The notes under the pieces were generated by a model that saw only the letters and a list, made by a program, of their open reading frames with translations, had not been told where the DNA came from and did not search any database. A program made the position numbers and the translations under genes. A stretch of DNA of 59,411 bases, filler included. It is 4 parts of 4 records of this genome, joined end to end, with 100 filler letters (N's around TTAATTAATTAA, not from the genome) between each part and the next. Parts side by side here need not be neighbours in the genome. Positions count along the whole stretch, not along the records: positions 1 to 14,027 come from SRR20825019_2881; positions 14,128 to 33,755 come from SRR20825019_2884; 2 more parts are not named here. One strand, given 5' to 3'. How positions within the stretch are numbered: the stretch's first letter is position 1; each line of letters opens with the position of its first letter. Shown in pieces: positions 9,357-21,000 of the stretch.

Positions 9357-9833
9357 ATGTTGACACGAACAGGGATTGCGTTCGGTGCAATGATGCTGAT
9401 GAGTGCAGCCGCCCATGCCGGGAAGGACGACGTTATTCTGCAAGTGACAGGTGAGGTCACCGGTGGCGCGGTGGAACTGGACCGTCAGGCACTGGGCGCA
9501 CTACCGCAGGTCACTCTCGAGACATCTACTGTCGTTACCGATGGCACGCACAGTTTCACCGGATTCCTGATGCGCGATCTTCTCGAGCAGTTGGACGCGG
9601 AAGGCGAGCAGGTTATCGCCACCGCGCTGAACGATTATGTCGTGGATATCCCGTTGGCGGACTTCTATGATTTCGAGGTGATCGTGGCTTACAGAATGGA
9701 TGGAGAGCCGCTGCACCGCAACGACAAGGGACCGCTCTGGATCGTCTATCCCCGGGACGACTACGAGGCGTTGCAGGACATCCGTTATGACTACCGTTGG
9801 GTCTGGCAGCTCTCCCGACTCGAGGTGCAATGA
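9357..9833 (+). CDS. Periplasmic molybdopterin-oxidoreductase-like protein (COG3915-like), kinase-associated
   Basis: Signal peptide AHA-G; motifs FTGFLMRDLL, ALNDYVVDIP, DKGPLWIVYP, WVWQLSRLEV; ATGA overlap with the kinase. Confidence 0.85.
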   Translation: MLTRTGIAFGAMMLMSAAAHAGKDDVILQVTGEVTGGAVELDRQALGALPQVTLETSTVVTDGTHSFTGFLMRDLLEQLDAEGEQVIATALNDYVVDIPLADFYDFEVIVAYRMDGEPLHRNDKGPLWIVYPRDDYEALQDIRYDYRWVWQLSRLEVQ

Positions 9834-11602
9834 TCCGGTTTCGCAATCCTGTCTTCGGCTTGTTTCTGCCACTGGTAGCCGTTCTCGTTTTTACAGTGCT
9901 TCTGACATTCTCAATGATCCGCATGACCGCGGTTGAGAAGCACATGCGGGTCGAAGCGGAAGAAAATATGCTTTGGGTGTTTCACCAGAGCGAGGTCGCT
10001 GCACGCCGGTTGACCGAAACCGCAGCGCTGGCCGATTTATACGAAGCGGATGTCGCCGATCTCACCCTGCGTTTTGACATTCTGGATGGCCGGATCTCCA
10101 TGCTGGGAGACGGGCCGCAGCGCCGTTTTGTCGAGAAGATCGGCCTTGATCGCGAGTTGGATCGGCACAGGGCGTCGCTGGAGGACATCAAATCAAGCGT
10201 ATCCGGGTTCACGCCGGGTGACGGTGCGCGTCTGCGGGAATTACTCGCGCCGCTTACACGTTTTTTCGGGCGCGCGGCAAACAAAGCAATGATTGCGAAA
10301 TGGAACGATCTCGGCGGGCGACTGGAAACCTATCGCGCGCAGTTGCGCCAGATCATTGTCTTCCTGGTCTGTATTATGGTCGCGGGGGGTATTCTTGCGG
10401 CAACGCTGGCCGTCGCACTCCGCCAGTCGCGTCAACGCAACCTGATGCTGCAGCGTTCACGAGATTTTTCGACTCTACTCGTCTCGTCCAGCGGTGAAGG
10501 TATCCTTGCGGTGGATCGTGCCGGACGTTGCACGCTGTGGAATGACGCGATGGCGAGTCTCATGGGGAAATCGGCTGAACAGGCCGTGGGACGACCTCTG
10601 GCTGACCTGGCGGGGTTCTTCGATATTGCTCCGCTACAGGAAAGAATCGCACGGGCACTTGACGGAGAAACTGCGCGTCTCGCCCTGCAACCACTGTTCC
10701 ATCAGGATGACGCAGACCCGCGCTATGTGGATATGAGGTTCTTCCCGATGCGCCACGACGATGCTATCATCGGCGCGATCCTGTTCCTGCATGATGCGAC
10801 GGACCGTCACGCAGCGCAGCAACGAGACGCCGAGGACCGGGACCGCCTTGAAGAGTTGGTCGTCGAACGCACCCGCGATCTGGACAAAGCTCTGCAGCGG
10901 GAACGCTCGGCCGTCGATCTCTACCGCAATTTCGCGGCGATGGTGTCTCATCAGTTCCGCACACCGCTGGCCGTGGCGGATTCGGCTTTGCAACGATTGA
11001 TCCGCCGGGGGCCGCGCGCGGAGTCGGACGAAGTTGTAGAACGTGCCGGTCGCGCCCGCAACGCCATCGCCGGGTTGACGCGGTTGGTGGACAGCACCTT
11101 GGATGCCGCACGATTGGACGCGGGGCAACTCGGGGCGCAGCGGGTGCGATGTTCGCTGGAAGAGATCGTCGGGACGGTTTGCACCCGCCAGCGCGAAGCC
11201 GAGCCGGAGCGTACGATCCATGTTCGGCAGGAGACGGAAGACGGCGCTGCTGTATTCTGCGACCCGGCCCATGCCGAGCAGATACTGGAAAACCTATTGT
11301 CGAACGCGAGAAAATATGCTTGCCCGGAAACGCCGATTTCGATAAATTTACAAGGCGATGTGCAAAACATGTTCTGCGATGTTCACAGCGAAGGTGATCC
11401 GATCCCCAAAGACGAACGGGAGCGGGTATTCGACCGCAATTACCGTGGCACAAACAGCGCGGGAAGCGCGGGCACCGGAATTGGGTTGTTCATGGCGCGA
11501 ACGCTGGCGCGGATGCAGGGCGGCGACGTTACCCTGCAGACGGAGAGTGAAGGCGTGACCTTTCGCATAACACTGCCCCGGTTCGAGGCGAGACCGGCAT
11601 GA
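9830..11602 (+). CDS. Membrane sensor histidine kinase with PAS domain
   Basis: Two TM helices; PAS (EGILAVDRAGRCTLWNDAM); H-box VSHQFRTPL; N-box ENLLSNARKY; G-box GTGIGLF. Confidence 0.95.
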   Translation: MIRFRNPVFGLFLPLVAVLVFTVLLTFSMIRMTAVEKHMRVEAEENMLWVFHQSEVAARRLTETAALADLYEADVADLTLRFDILDGRISMLGDGPQRRFVEKIGLDRELDRHRASLEDIKSSVSGFTPGDGARLRELLAPLTRFFGRAANKAMIAKWNDLGGRLETYRAQLRQIIVFLVCIMVAGGILAATLAVALRQSRQRNLMLQRSRDFSTLLVSSSGEGILAVDRAGRCTLWNDAMASLMGKSAEQAVGRPLADLAGFFDIAPLQERIARALDGETARLALQPLFHQDDADPRYVDMRFFPMRHDDAIIGAILFLHDATDRHAAQQRDAEDRDRLEELVVERTRDLDKALQRERSAVDLYRNFAAMVSHQFRTPLAVADSALQRLIRRGPRAESDEVVERAGRARNAIAGLTRLVDSTLDAARLDAGQLGAQRVRCSLEEIVGTVCTRQREAEPERTIHVRQETEDGAAVFCDPAHAEQILENLLSNARKYACPETPISINLQGDVQNMFCDVHSEGDPIPKDERERVFDRNYRGTNSAGSAGTGIGLFMARTLARMQGGDVTLQTESEGVTFRITLPRFEARPA

Positions 11603-12651
11603 CGCGTTTGACCTCCTCCGCCCTGATTTTCGTTGTCGAAGACGAAGACGCTCTGCGCCGCGACATTGTCGAAGAGTTGCAGGAATCCGGCTATCGCACC
11701 ATGGAAGCCGCGAATGGCGATGCTGCGCTGGCCCTGCTTGCAAGCTCCACCCCCGATCTTTTTCTATGCGATATCTCGATGCCGGGCCTGGACGGCTACG
11801 GGGTGCTTCAGTCTCTGCGCCAACAGCGTTCCGAGCTGGCTGCAACGCCTTTCGTCTTTCTGACCGCCTTGTCCGAGCCGCACGAGATCGTAGAGGGAAA
11901 ACTGCTGGGCGCTGACGACTATCTGGTCAAGCCAGTCGATTACGACCTGATGCTGGCCACGATCGCGGCCCGTCTGCGTCAAGTCCAACGCATCCGCAAG
12001 TATCATGATGGTGAACTGGCGGCGCTGCGGGACGCACTTCCCGGAATGACGGGTAAGGGGACCGAACAGGCGCTGGACCTTGTTACGGTGGGGGTCGTGC
12101 TTCTGGATGGCGTGGGGCGGGTACTCCATGCCAACAGTGCCGCTCATGAATTGGCTGCGTCGGACGACTGTATCCGCATCCAGACGGAGGGGGTGGTCGC
12201 CTTGAGTACGGTTTCAGGGAGGGCGTTCCGACGCTCCGTTTCCGAAACACTCGAGGCAGCAAAGGCTGGTGAAGAGAAGGTGGCCGGAATCATGCTGCAT
12301 CGTGTGATGGGCGCGGGTACCGTATCGGCGCTGGCTTGCGCGTTGCCAACGCGGCAGACCGACCGACCCGGCGCGCCGGCTTTGGCATTGTTCCTTGCCG
12401 CCCCAGAACGCCTCGGGCACGTGCCGGAAACGCTGCTGATGGATCTGTTCGGATTGACCCCGACCGAGGCGCGTGTCGCGGGGGCGCTGGCCAACGGTGC
12501 TCGCAAGGTCGATGTCGCGGAGGAGCTAGGCGTGTCGCACACCACCATCGCGTTCCACATGCGCAACCTGTTTGAGAAAACCGGCACGAATCGTCAAGCC
12601 GATCTGGTCGCGCTGGTCCTCGCTGGCCCGATGATGATAAAGTCGGAATGA
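11599..12651 (+). CDS. Response regulator: REC domain, PAS-like central region and LuxR-type HTH
   Basis: IFVVEDE, LCDISMPGLDG, GADDYLVKP; C-terminal GLTPTEARVA...VAEELGVSHTTIAFHMRNLFEKTG. Confidence 0.95.
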   Translation: MTRLTSSALIFVVEDEDALRRDIVEELQESGYRTMEAANGDAALALLASSTPDLFLCDISMPGLDGYGVLQSLRQQRSELAATPFVFLTALSEPHEIVEGKLLGADDYLVKPVDYDLMLATIAARLRQVQRIRKYHDGELAALRDALPGMTGKGTEQALDLVTVGVVLLDGVGRVLHANSAAHELAASDDCIRIQTEGVVALSTVSGRAFRRSVSETLEAAKAGEEKVAGIMLHRVMGAGTVSALACALPTRQTDRPGAPALALFLAAPERLGHVPETLLMDLFGLTPTEARVAGALANGARKVDVAEELGVSHTTIAFHMRNLFEKTGTNRQADLVALVLAGPMMIKSE

Positions 12652-12674
12652 AATGAAAGCCGATCCATCGTGGA

Positions 12675-13460
12675 GGTGTTGTCACGTTATCTTCCGACCC
12701 AAAAATGTATCCTGATATTCGGTTGTCAAGCTGCTCGGCTGGCTGCATCCCAAACGTCAAATGCTTCGAGGCGGTGATATCGGATTGTGAGGGCTGAGCG
12801 ACGGCTTACAGGAACACAAAAGCAATTCCGAATGGCTGAATGAATAGCCACGAACCGCTGCAAGCCTCCTGGAGATCGATATCCTTTCATCGGCCGTTCC
12901 CGCTTTCGGAATGGGAGATGGCTGTTTTCGGCACGGTTGTTCAGCCCTTTATGCGACCAATGATCCAGGCCCGGAGCAACCTCTCGCTTGGCCGCACCAT
13001 ACGACCGCAGCTTGTCCGTGATGATCCGCTTGGGAATGAAACCAAGACGCTTTATCAGGCCGCGCAACAGCCGTTTTGCGGCCCGCTTGTCCCGTTTCCG
13101 TTGGAGTATTTCGTCCAGCACGACGCCATGCTGATCGACCGCGCGCCAAAGCCAATATTTGCGGCCGGAGATTTTCACAATAACTTCATCGAGATGCCAG
13201 ACATCACCTGGACGGTCCTGACTTAGCCGCAAGTCTCGAGCGATGACCGGCCCGAACTTGATGACCCAACGGCGGATAGTCTCGTAAGAAACGTCGATCC
13301 CACGAGCAAGCAGCATCTCTTCCACTTCGCGAAGGCTCAAATTGAATCGGACATACAGCCACACCGCGTGGGCAATGATTTGAGGAGAAAATCGGTGACG
13401 CTTGTAGCTGATGGACGATGAATTCATCCTTTGGGTGTAAGGCGAACAAATGCAGAACGA
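12675..13460 (-). mobile_element. IS6-family insertion sequence, one terminal IR visible
   Basis: GGTGTTGTCACGTTATCTT at 12675 resembles an IS6 end; no matching IR seen upstream of the transposase. Confidence 0.7.
12726..13427 (-). CDS. IS6-family DDE transposase
   Basis: YKRHRFSPQIIAHAVWLY, VSYETIRRW, WHLDEV, WLWRAVD, IITDKLRSY, LNNRAENSH. Confidence 0.95.
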   Translation of the reverse strand: MNSSSISYKRHRFSPQIIAHAVWLYVRFNLSLREVEEMLLARGIDVSYETIRRWVIKFGPVIARDLRLSQDRPGDVWHLDEVIVKISGRKYWLWRAVDQHGVVLDEILQRKRDKRAAKRLLRGLIKRLGFIPKRIITDKLRSYGAAKREVAPGLDHWSHKGLNNRAENSHLPFRKRERPMKGYRSPGGLQRFVAIHSAIRNCFCVPVSRRSALTIRYHRLEAFDVWDAASRAA

Positions 13461-13490
13461 TGGTGGCCTGAATTTACTCCGCCGTTTATA
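13461..13490 (-). mobile_element. Possible isolated IS21-like terminal repeat
   Basis: Minus strand TATAAACGGCGGAGTAAATTCAGGCCAC resembles IS21-family ends (from memory); lies exactly where dnaE2 similarity begins. Confidence 0.4.
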
Positions 13491-13770
13491 CCGCACCGTT
13501 CTTGGATCCGGCATGCTCGGCGTTAAAGGACGGGTCCAGCGAGAGGGCGAGGTCGTCCATATCGTGGCGCGTGACCTTATCGATCTGTCATTGGAGCTTG
13601 CAAGCGTCGGGAGCCGGGAGACGGCCTTTCCGCCTCCGCACTGGCGGGGCGACGAGTTTCATCATGGGCCGCCGGCGCCCGATCCGCGCGGAATGCCGAA
13701 GCCGCGCGATATGTTCGATCCCTATGGGCATATTGATGAGATCAAGGTGAAGACGCGGGACTTTCGATAA
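13491..13770 (+). pseudogene. dnaE2: C-terminal remnant of error-prone DNA polymerase DnaE2 (ImuC)
   Basis: GRVQREGEVVHIVARDLIDLS (OB-fold end), GDEFHHG and the terminal KTRDFR motif characteristic of DnaE2; most of the gene is missing. Confidence 0.85.
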
Positions 13771-14027
13771 GTAGTCCTCCAATGAGCGAACGAACAGTCA
13801 CTTTGGACCACTCTGCCATGGGCGCCCAAATCATTCAGTGAGACACCCGCGTTATAAGTTTTCTGCACAGTCCTTATAACCCCTTTGATAGAGGCCATGT
13901 CAGGAAGGAAGAAGATGTCTCACACAAGGACAGACCCGGGCTTTCACTGAGCCTGAAAGAATCAGTCCGCCGGTATGTTCAGGCTTCAATCATGCCTCGC
14001 ATCACGAATTCAGCTTCCTGCCCGGCC

Positions 14028-14127
14028 NNNNNNNNNNNNNNNNNNNNNNNNNNNNNNNNNNNNNNNNNNNNTTAATTAATTAANNNNNNNNNNNNNNNNN
14101 NNNNNNNNNNNNNNNNNNNNNNNNNNN
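14028..14127. other. Artificial contig linker
   Basis: N44-TTAATTAATTAA-N44 (stops in all six frames). Confidence 0.99.
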
Positions 14128-15048
14128 GGGGGGGCGCTGCGTTCAGACCCCTGGAACGATACCGGATGATAGACTAGCGTCTGATCACTCCGGCGAGGTT
14201 TCCAAGTTGCCGAACGACTCATGCTGACCCGGTCAGCGCCGCTCAGCCGGCGATTCATGGAAGCCGGCGAGAGGCGTCTGATCAGAGGCAATGATCCCCG
14301 ATTGGGGACTCTCTATAGTGTCGAGGACGATTTGTGACACTTTTAGGCGCCACATCATTTGGCGCCAAAACCGTGCAGCACACTGACGGCGGGCCCAGTG
14401 TGCTCCTGGCTCGCCGGTCGTAGACTTGACGAGACTTGGTTGTTGGATCAGCTCGGCCGCAGCCAGTCCGGTGCACTCCACCATCAGGGCCCTGGCCGCC
14501 ACTCATGAGTGGTGCAGCCGGCGCCAGCCTATCGCAGTCATCACGAGGGGCCGGCCTGCTCAGTGCTCCCAGCCTTGCAGCGGGGGTGTCTGCCATTCAG
14601 GAGTCCCACCACGACGGCACTGAGACCACGCACAGAACCCCGCGCCGGCAAATCAAACGGGCATGGTTTCCCGCCTTTGCGGCTCTACTAGTTAGTGTGA
14701 TTGCCGCCACTTCTTCATAGGCCAAACGGGTCACCATGACGGAGCAGCACGACACGCTGGTAAACCACTCACTCCGACACAAAGCTGCGGCCCCATGACT
14801 CTGACGCCAGTCCGTATCGCCACACACACGTGGAAGGCGGACTGCTGAGTGGTCGTAGCCACCTAGCCACCTGCATCAGCAAAAGCCGAGCTTATGAAGA
14901 CAAAGCTCTGACGGTGGACTCAGTGCCGGTACGCACACTAACGCCTCCCATCATATATGAATTCAAGCACTCCATGTAATTCTGTACCCGGGTCAATCTT
15001 TCCTTGAGTTGTGCCGTCCGGTTCGACGGCGCCCTCTCCTCTTGTGCC

Positions 15049-18000
15049 ATGGCGATTAAGAACAAGAAGGGGAAGGAACCCGTCAAGAATACGGGGAAGT
15101 ACATTAGTGACCGCCAGTTCGGTGAGACAAAAGCAGACGCTGACCGTAGGAGAAAGCTTGCCGAAGATGAGCGGGATAGGAGGTTTGATTTCCTTACGCA
15201 CGAGAGCTCGATTCCACGTTTGGGTTGGCTTGTGAATATTCAGCCCGCCACCCTGGAGGATTCGGAGACAGGAATTCAATATAGTGGCCTCGACTTCTAT
15301 TTCATTGACGATGGCGGCGCCACCTTCAAGGCTTCGATGGACTATCGGCCTTACTTCTTTGTGCTTGTGAAGAATGAGCTCGAGAAAGAGGTCGACTCGT
15401 CGCTGCGCAAGAAGTTTCCGGATATGTTTGATGACATAACGGTTGTCGAGAAGGAAGATTTGGACATGAATAATCACTTGGCTGGAAATTTGAGGACTTG
15501 CTTGAAGTTGTCTTTTCGCACTGTCGCCGACTTGATGGAAGTGAAGAGGCATCTTTTCCCCATAGTTACGAGGAATAAGGAAAGGTTCTCCAGAATGGCC
15601 GAGGTAGAGCTTGACGACCAGGATAAGGCGCCGGCGTCAGTGGAGGACTTCCTCTCACATTTGTGTGATATCCGCGAGTATGATGTAACATATTATGAGC
15701 GTGTCTGCATTGATCTTGGAATCCGTGTGGGACTGTGGTACGATGTAGTCTATAGCGAGGGAACGACCACCCTTAAGAATCGCCCAGATCTGGTACGCCG
15801 TGCCGAACCTCCTATTCTTGCTTTTGACATCGAGACGACCAAGCAACCCCTCAAGTTTCCAGACCGCGACACCGATTGCATCTTCATGATTTCGTACATG
15901 TTGGACGGAGAAGGTTTCTTGATTATTAATCGGGAAGTTGTCAGTGAGGATATCGAAGATTTCGAGTATTCGCCTCGCCCAGAGTTTGAAGGTCGCTTCA
16001 CTGTTTTTAATGAGGAGAATGAGAGAAACCTCATCGAGCAATTCTTCCGGCACATTCAACAAGTTAAGCCTCTGGTTTATGTCACTTATAACGGTGACTT
16101 TTTCGATTGGCCATTCTTGGAACACCGCGCGAATGTACATGGCATCAATATGCTCGACGAGATTGGTGTGGGTGCCAAGGGGGATGAGTACTACGGGCGC
16201 TTTGCCGTTCATATGGACTGTTTCTATTGGGTGAAGCGAGACTCCTATCTTCCCCAAGGGAGTCAGGGTCTTAAGGCGGTGGCTAAAGCCAAGCTTGGGT
16301 ACAATCCAATTGAGATTGATCCGGAAGATATGGTTCGTTTTGCACACGAGCGGCCGCAGCACATGGCGTCTTATTCTGTTTCTGATGCCGTTGCTACATA
16401 CTACCTCTTCATGAAATATGTGAATCCTTTCATCTTTTCACTGTGCAATATTATTCCTATGGTCCCAGACGATGTGCTTCGCCGAGGATCTGGAACGCTG
16501 TGTGAGATGTTGCTGATGGTGCAGGCGTACGAAGGAAACATCTTATGTCCCAACAAACAGCAGGATGGAGGAGACAAGTTCTACAGGGACCATCGCGGTA
16601 ACCACCTGATTGAGTCCGAAACGTATGTCGGTGGCCACGTGGAAGCGCTCCAGGCTGGAGTGTTTCGAGCGGATTTCGATTACAAGTTTTCGCTTGTGCC
16701 TTCCGCGTTCCAGTTCTTGATCGATAACATCGACAAGGCGCTCCGCTTTTCCATCGAGAAGGAGGGGAAACACAACTTTGACGATGTCACCAACTATGAA
16801 GAGGTCCGTGCAGAGATTGTCAAGGAGCTCGAGGCTCTCAGAGACAGGCCCAACCGAATTGAGCAGCCCAGCATCTACCATCTTGACGTGAGCGCGATGT
16901 ACCCGAATATCATCCTCAGTAATCGTCTGCAGCCTATGGCTATTGTCGATCAGTCGACCTGCGCCGCCTGCGACCACAACAAGCCAGGCGCGGAATGCCA
17001 GCGGAAGATGAATTGGGTGTGGAGGGGAGAGTACTACGCTGCTGACTATGGAGAATACCAGGGTGTCAAACGCCAGGTGGAGTATGAGCTTGCCACCAAG
17101 TCTAAGCAAGACCAGTCCGCGCTCATCAAGAAACGTCTTCGTGAGTTCTGCCAGAGAGTCTACAAGCGCGTGATAGACAAGAAGCAAGAGCAGCGTGAGT
17201 CTACTATTTGCATGAAGGAAAATCCTTTCTATGTTAACACTGTACGCAACTTCCGCGATCGCCGCTACGAATACAAGGCCCTTCTTAAGAAAGCGAAAGG
17301 CAGCCTTGACAAGGCTCAAACCCTCATTGAGACGAAGGAGGCGAAGCAACTCGTGGTGCTATACGATTCCCTCCAACTTGCCCACAAATGTATTCTCAAT
17401 TCCTTTTATGGATATGTGATGAGGAGAGGTGCGCGTTGGTACTCCATAGAGATGGCCGGCGTTGTGACCCACACTGGTGGCAACATCATCAAGCAGGCGC
17501 GTGAGCTGGTGGAGCAGATTGGCATCCCCCTCGAGTTGGACACTGACGGTATTTGGTGTATTCTTCCGAAGTCATTCCCTGAAGATTTCACTTTCAAGCT
17601 CAAAAGTGGCAAGAAGTACGAGATCTCTTACCCTTGCGTGATGTTGAACGCCGACGTCGATGAAAACTTCACGAACCACCAGTATCACAACCTCGTGGAC
17701 CCCAAGACTCAGGAATACAAAGTTCATTCCGAGTGCTCAATTCTGTTCGAGGTCGATGGTCCCTACAAGGCGATGATCCTTCCTGCATCCACAGAGGAAG
17801 GGAAGCTCTTGAAGAAGCGTTATGCTGTGTTTAACTTCGATGGAAGCCTTGCCGAACTGAAGGGCTTTGAGCTGAAGCGCCGCGGTGAGCTGAAGTTGAT
17901 CAAGATATTCCAAGAGCAGGTGTTCGACTACTTCTTGAAGGGATCCACACTAGAGGAGTGTTATGCGGCTGTGTCCCGTGTAGCCAACCAGTGGCTGGAT

Positions 18001-21000
18001 GTTCTGGACAGCCGCGGGCAGGACATTGACGACGACGAACTCCTCGAGCTCATTGGCGAGAATCGAACCCTCTCTGGCCGCGCCGAGGACTACGGCAGCC
18101 AGAAGAGTACGTCCCTAACTACTGCGCGTCGCCTAGCGGAATTCCTTGGTGATGAGATGATCAAGGATTCTGGTCTTGCGTGTAAATTTATCATCTCGGA
18201 GAAGCCTATTGGCGCCCCTGTCAGCGAACGCGCGGTGCCCATTGCGATCTTCTCGACAGATGACTCCATCAAGCGCCAGTATATCCGTACCTGGCTCAAG
18301 GACAACTCCCTGACTGACTTCGACATGAGGAGCATTTTGGATTGGACCTACTACCGCGACAGGCTCGGTTCTTGCATCCAAAAGATCATCAGTATTCCAG
18401 CTGCCATGCAGATGGTTTCCAACCCAGTGCCCCGGGTCCCTTTCCCGGATTGGCTGACAAAGGCTGTGCGCACTCGCGACGACAAGATGCAGCAACGCAA
18501 GATCAGTAGGATGTTCCAAATTACCGAGAAACCGGCCGTTGAACAGCCTCAAGAGCCATTTTTGCACACTAGCAAACCTGCGCTGATGGATATAGAGGGC
18601 CCTTCCACAAAGGGTCGTGGAGGCAAACCAGTCGTGACTATTCGCCAGAAGCGGCCTGTACAGGCCGAGGAGGCCGACGATACACCATGCCCTGAACAGA
18701 GCGAAGACTTCAAGGGATGGCTGATGCACCACAAGAAGAAATGGAGGCGCGACCTTGCCGAGATTAAGAGGCAACGCAAGGAGGGTGGCGACCTCCGCAT
18801 CCAGCGCGGACCTGGGTCCAGGGCTGGCACTGTTAACAGCTTTTTCCAGTCGACTACCCAGGCTATCCAGCGTCAGAAGTGGCAGATTGTCCAAATCCGC
18901 GAGTCCTCTGAGCCTGGTGTTATGGACACCTTCGTCGTGATCAATCATTCCATTGTGAAGCTTAGAGTTGTCACTCCGCGCCGGTTTTACATCAACTATC
19001 GCACGCCTCCAAGCCAGGCTGAGATTAGCGAGGTATGTCACCTGTCTTGATGACTTGGCGCGTTCAAATACTAACCTTTGCTCCTAGGGCTTCCATGCCG
19101 TGCCGGCCAAGATTCTTCCCCGTGGGAAACAAGCCCTGCATCTGTATGAGGTGGTTATGTCTGAGAGCGCCTTCCGTGAGAGTGAAAGGGTGGGTTGACC
19201 AAGCCCAAGTGTATTGATGGCTCACCGATTCTTTTTCAGGACATTCTTGACAGCTTATCTGGCGATGACGTCGAGGGCATCTATGGGCTCCACACCCCGC
19301 TCCTCTTCAGAACGATCATGAAGCTTGGTTGCGTGGCCAAGCTGGGCCGCCGCACAAATGATACCAACAATGTATACAATTTGGAGGATCTTGACTACGT
19401 TCCCACCGCAGAACACCCGTATCTGACCGATGAGAACTTGAGATACGTATTTGTGTACGGCAATGTAACGCGGAATCGTGGATGTTTCGCCCTGTTCAAT
19501 TCGGATAACAAGGTCGTGAAGATCATCATCGTAAAACCTGACGGCATGGACCTCGAGAGTGGTCTGATGAGGTCCCTCAAGAGCAGTATGGAGGAGGGAG
19601 ACGGTTTTGAATTCGAAATAGACTCCGTGGCCACCCGCGCCGAAGCAGAGAAGGCTATTGATACCTTCCTTGATCAGTTCACCCGTGGCAATCCGGCCAT
19701 TATTTTGGCACAGATGACGGGCAATCCGCGTGGATTCACCAAGGCCATGCCCACTCTCAATGAGCTCCCATACTACCTCGTTCCAACTGATCCTGAAGAT
19801 GAAGTGCACAAGCCTTTTGGATGGCAAGTGCGGGCGGTGAGCTTCTGCGTTGAGCGATTCAAGGTTGCCACAGATACAATGGCCGATCTTATCAGCATCA
19901 GCCAGTACTCTCATATTCCTCTCTGCAATATTGAGACATCCAACTGGAAGACACAGACTACTGACTACATGTACGCTCGTATGCTTGTTGAGAAGAACCA
20001 TGTTCTTTGGGCCAGCGAGGGTAAGGTGGCTGATGTTAATGAGGAGGATGAGGAGCTTGGCTTTGCGTTTGATCAGCAGGTGAATCCGGTGGTCAAGTAT
20101 CCCGGTGCATACAGGACATCAAGCTTGTTCTTCAGTATCCAGTTGCTCGCACCCAATGCTCTGATTGCTACTGATAACCAGCTCGGAGAGCCAGAGTCCG
20201 AGGAGTTGCGCTTGTTTGTCGAATCCAGTGATGTCAGCCGCGCTCTCGATACCTTGAGGAATCTGGTGTCGTGGCTGCACGAAGATTCTACTGAAGGTGA
20301 GAGCAACTTCTCGCTGCAACTTTGCCAGAATTTCTATCTCTGGGCACGTAGCCCTTCCTCTGTTATGTTTGACCCTTCAATCAAACGTGTTATACATGAT
20401 CTTATGCGCAAGGTGTTCGCATACATGCTTGGTGAGATCTCTAAGCTGGGTCTCAAGGTGGTGTACGCCGATTTCTCCCGCGTGTATCTGAACACCCAGA
20501 AGTACACACCCCAGGAGGCAATCCTATCTTGCCAGATGGCACTACAAACAGTCAAGGGCCGCCATATGTTCCGGATGCTTGAATGGGATCCCCTTGAGTG
20601 CAATGACGAGACTATTCGTGTGTATCGCTCCTTACTTTTCATGGATGCATTCAACTTGTGCTACATCTATGAGGACGTCGCTCATGACGATGCCATGAAC
20701 GATGGAGAATCCGAGCAGAATTTAGCCAGCTCTTGGAACATTGCGAAGTATCTCCCAGTCAATGTCCAGGATCGTTTCCTCCTTGATGCTGCAAACTTTT
20801 TGAAGGGTCCTCATGACAAAATCGCTGAGGTGCTGGAAACCAACCCTCTGGCAGGGGCCAAATTCTTGAAAGCAACTGAAGAAAACGCAGTGCGCTCGGT
20901 CCTGCAGAACGTTATTAAGCCGCAGATGCTTGACAATGTAGCCATCCTTAACGAAAGCCGCCACGATCCCGACGTCGACAATGTTTTCCCGCAGCTTTCC

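Noticed and set aside
14072-14083. Repeated TTAATTAATTAA palindrome (also 33800 and 46067)
   Set aside because: Synthetic six-frame stop linker inside N runs, not biological
14128-14340. Possible structured ncRNA (U3- or RNase MRP-like words GGATCATT, GAGAGTCCCC, CTGA on the minus strand)
   Set aside because: Only short isolated word matches, with no convincing box order; could equally be the 5' end of a truncated gene. An Rfam scan would settle it
19033-19239. Apparent frameshift or split in the polymerase epsilon gene
   Set aside because: Explained by two canonical introns flanking a 102-nt exon
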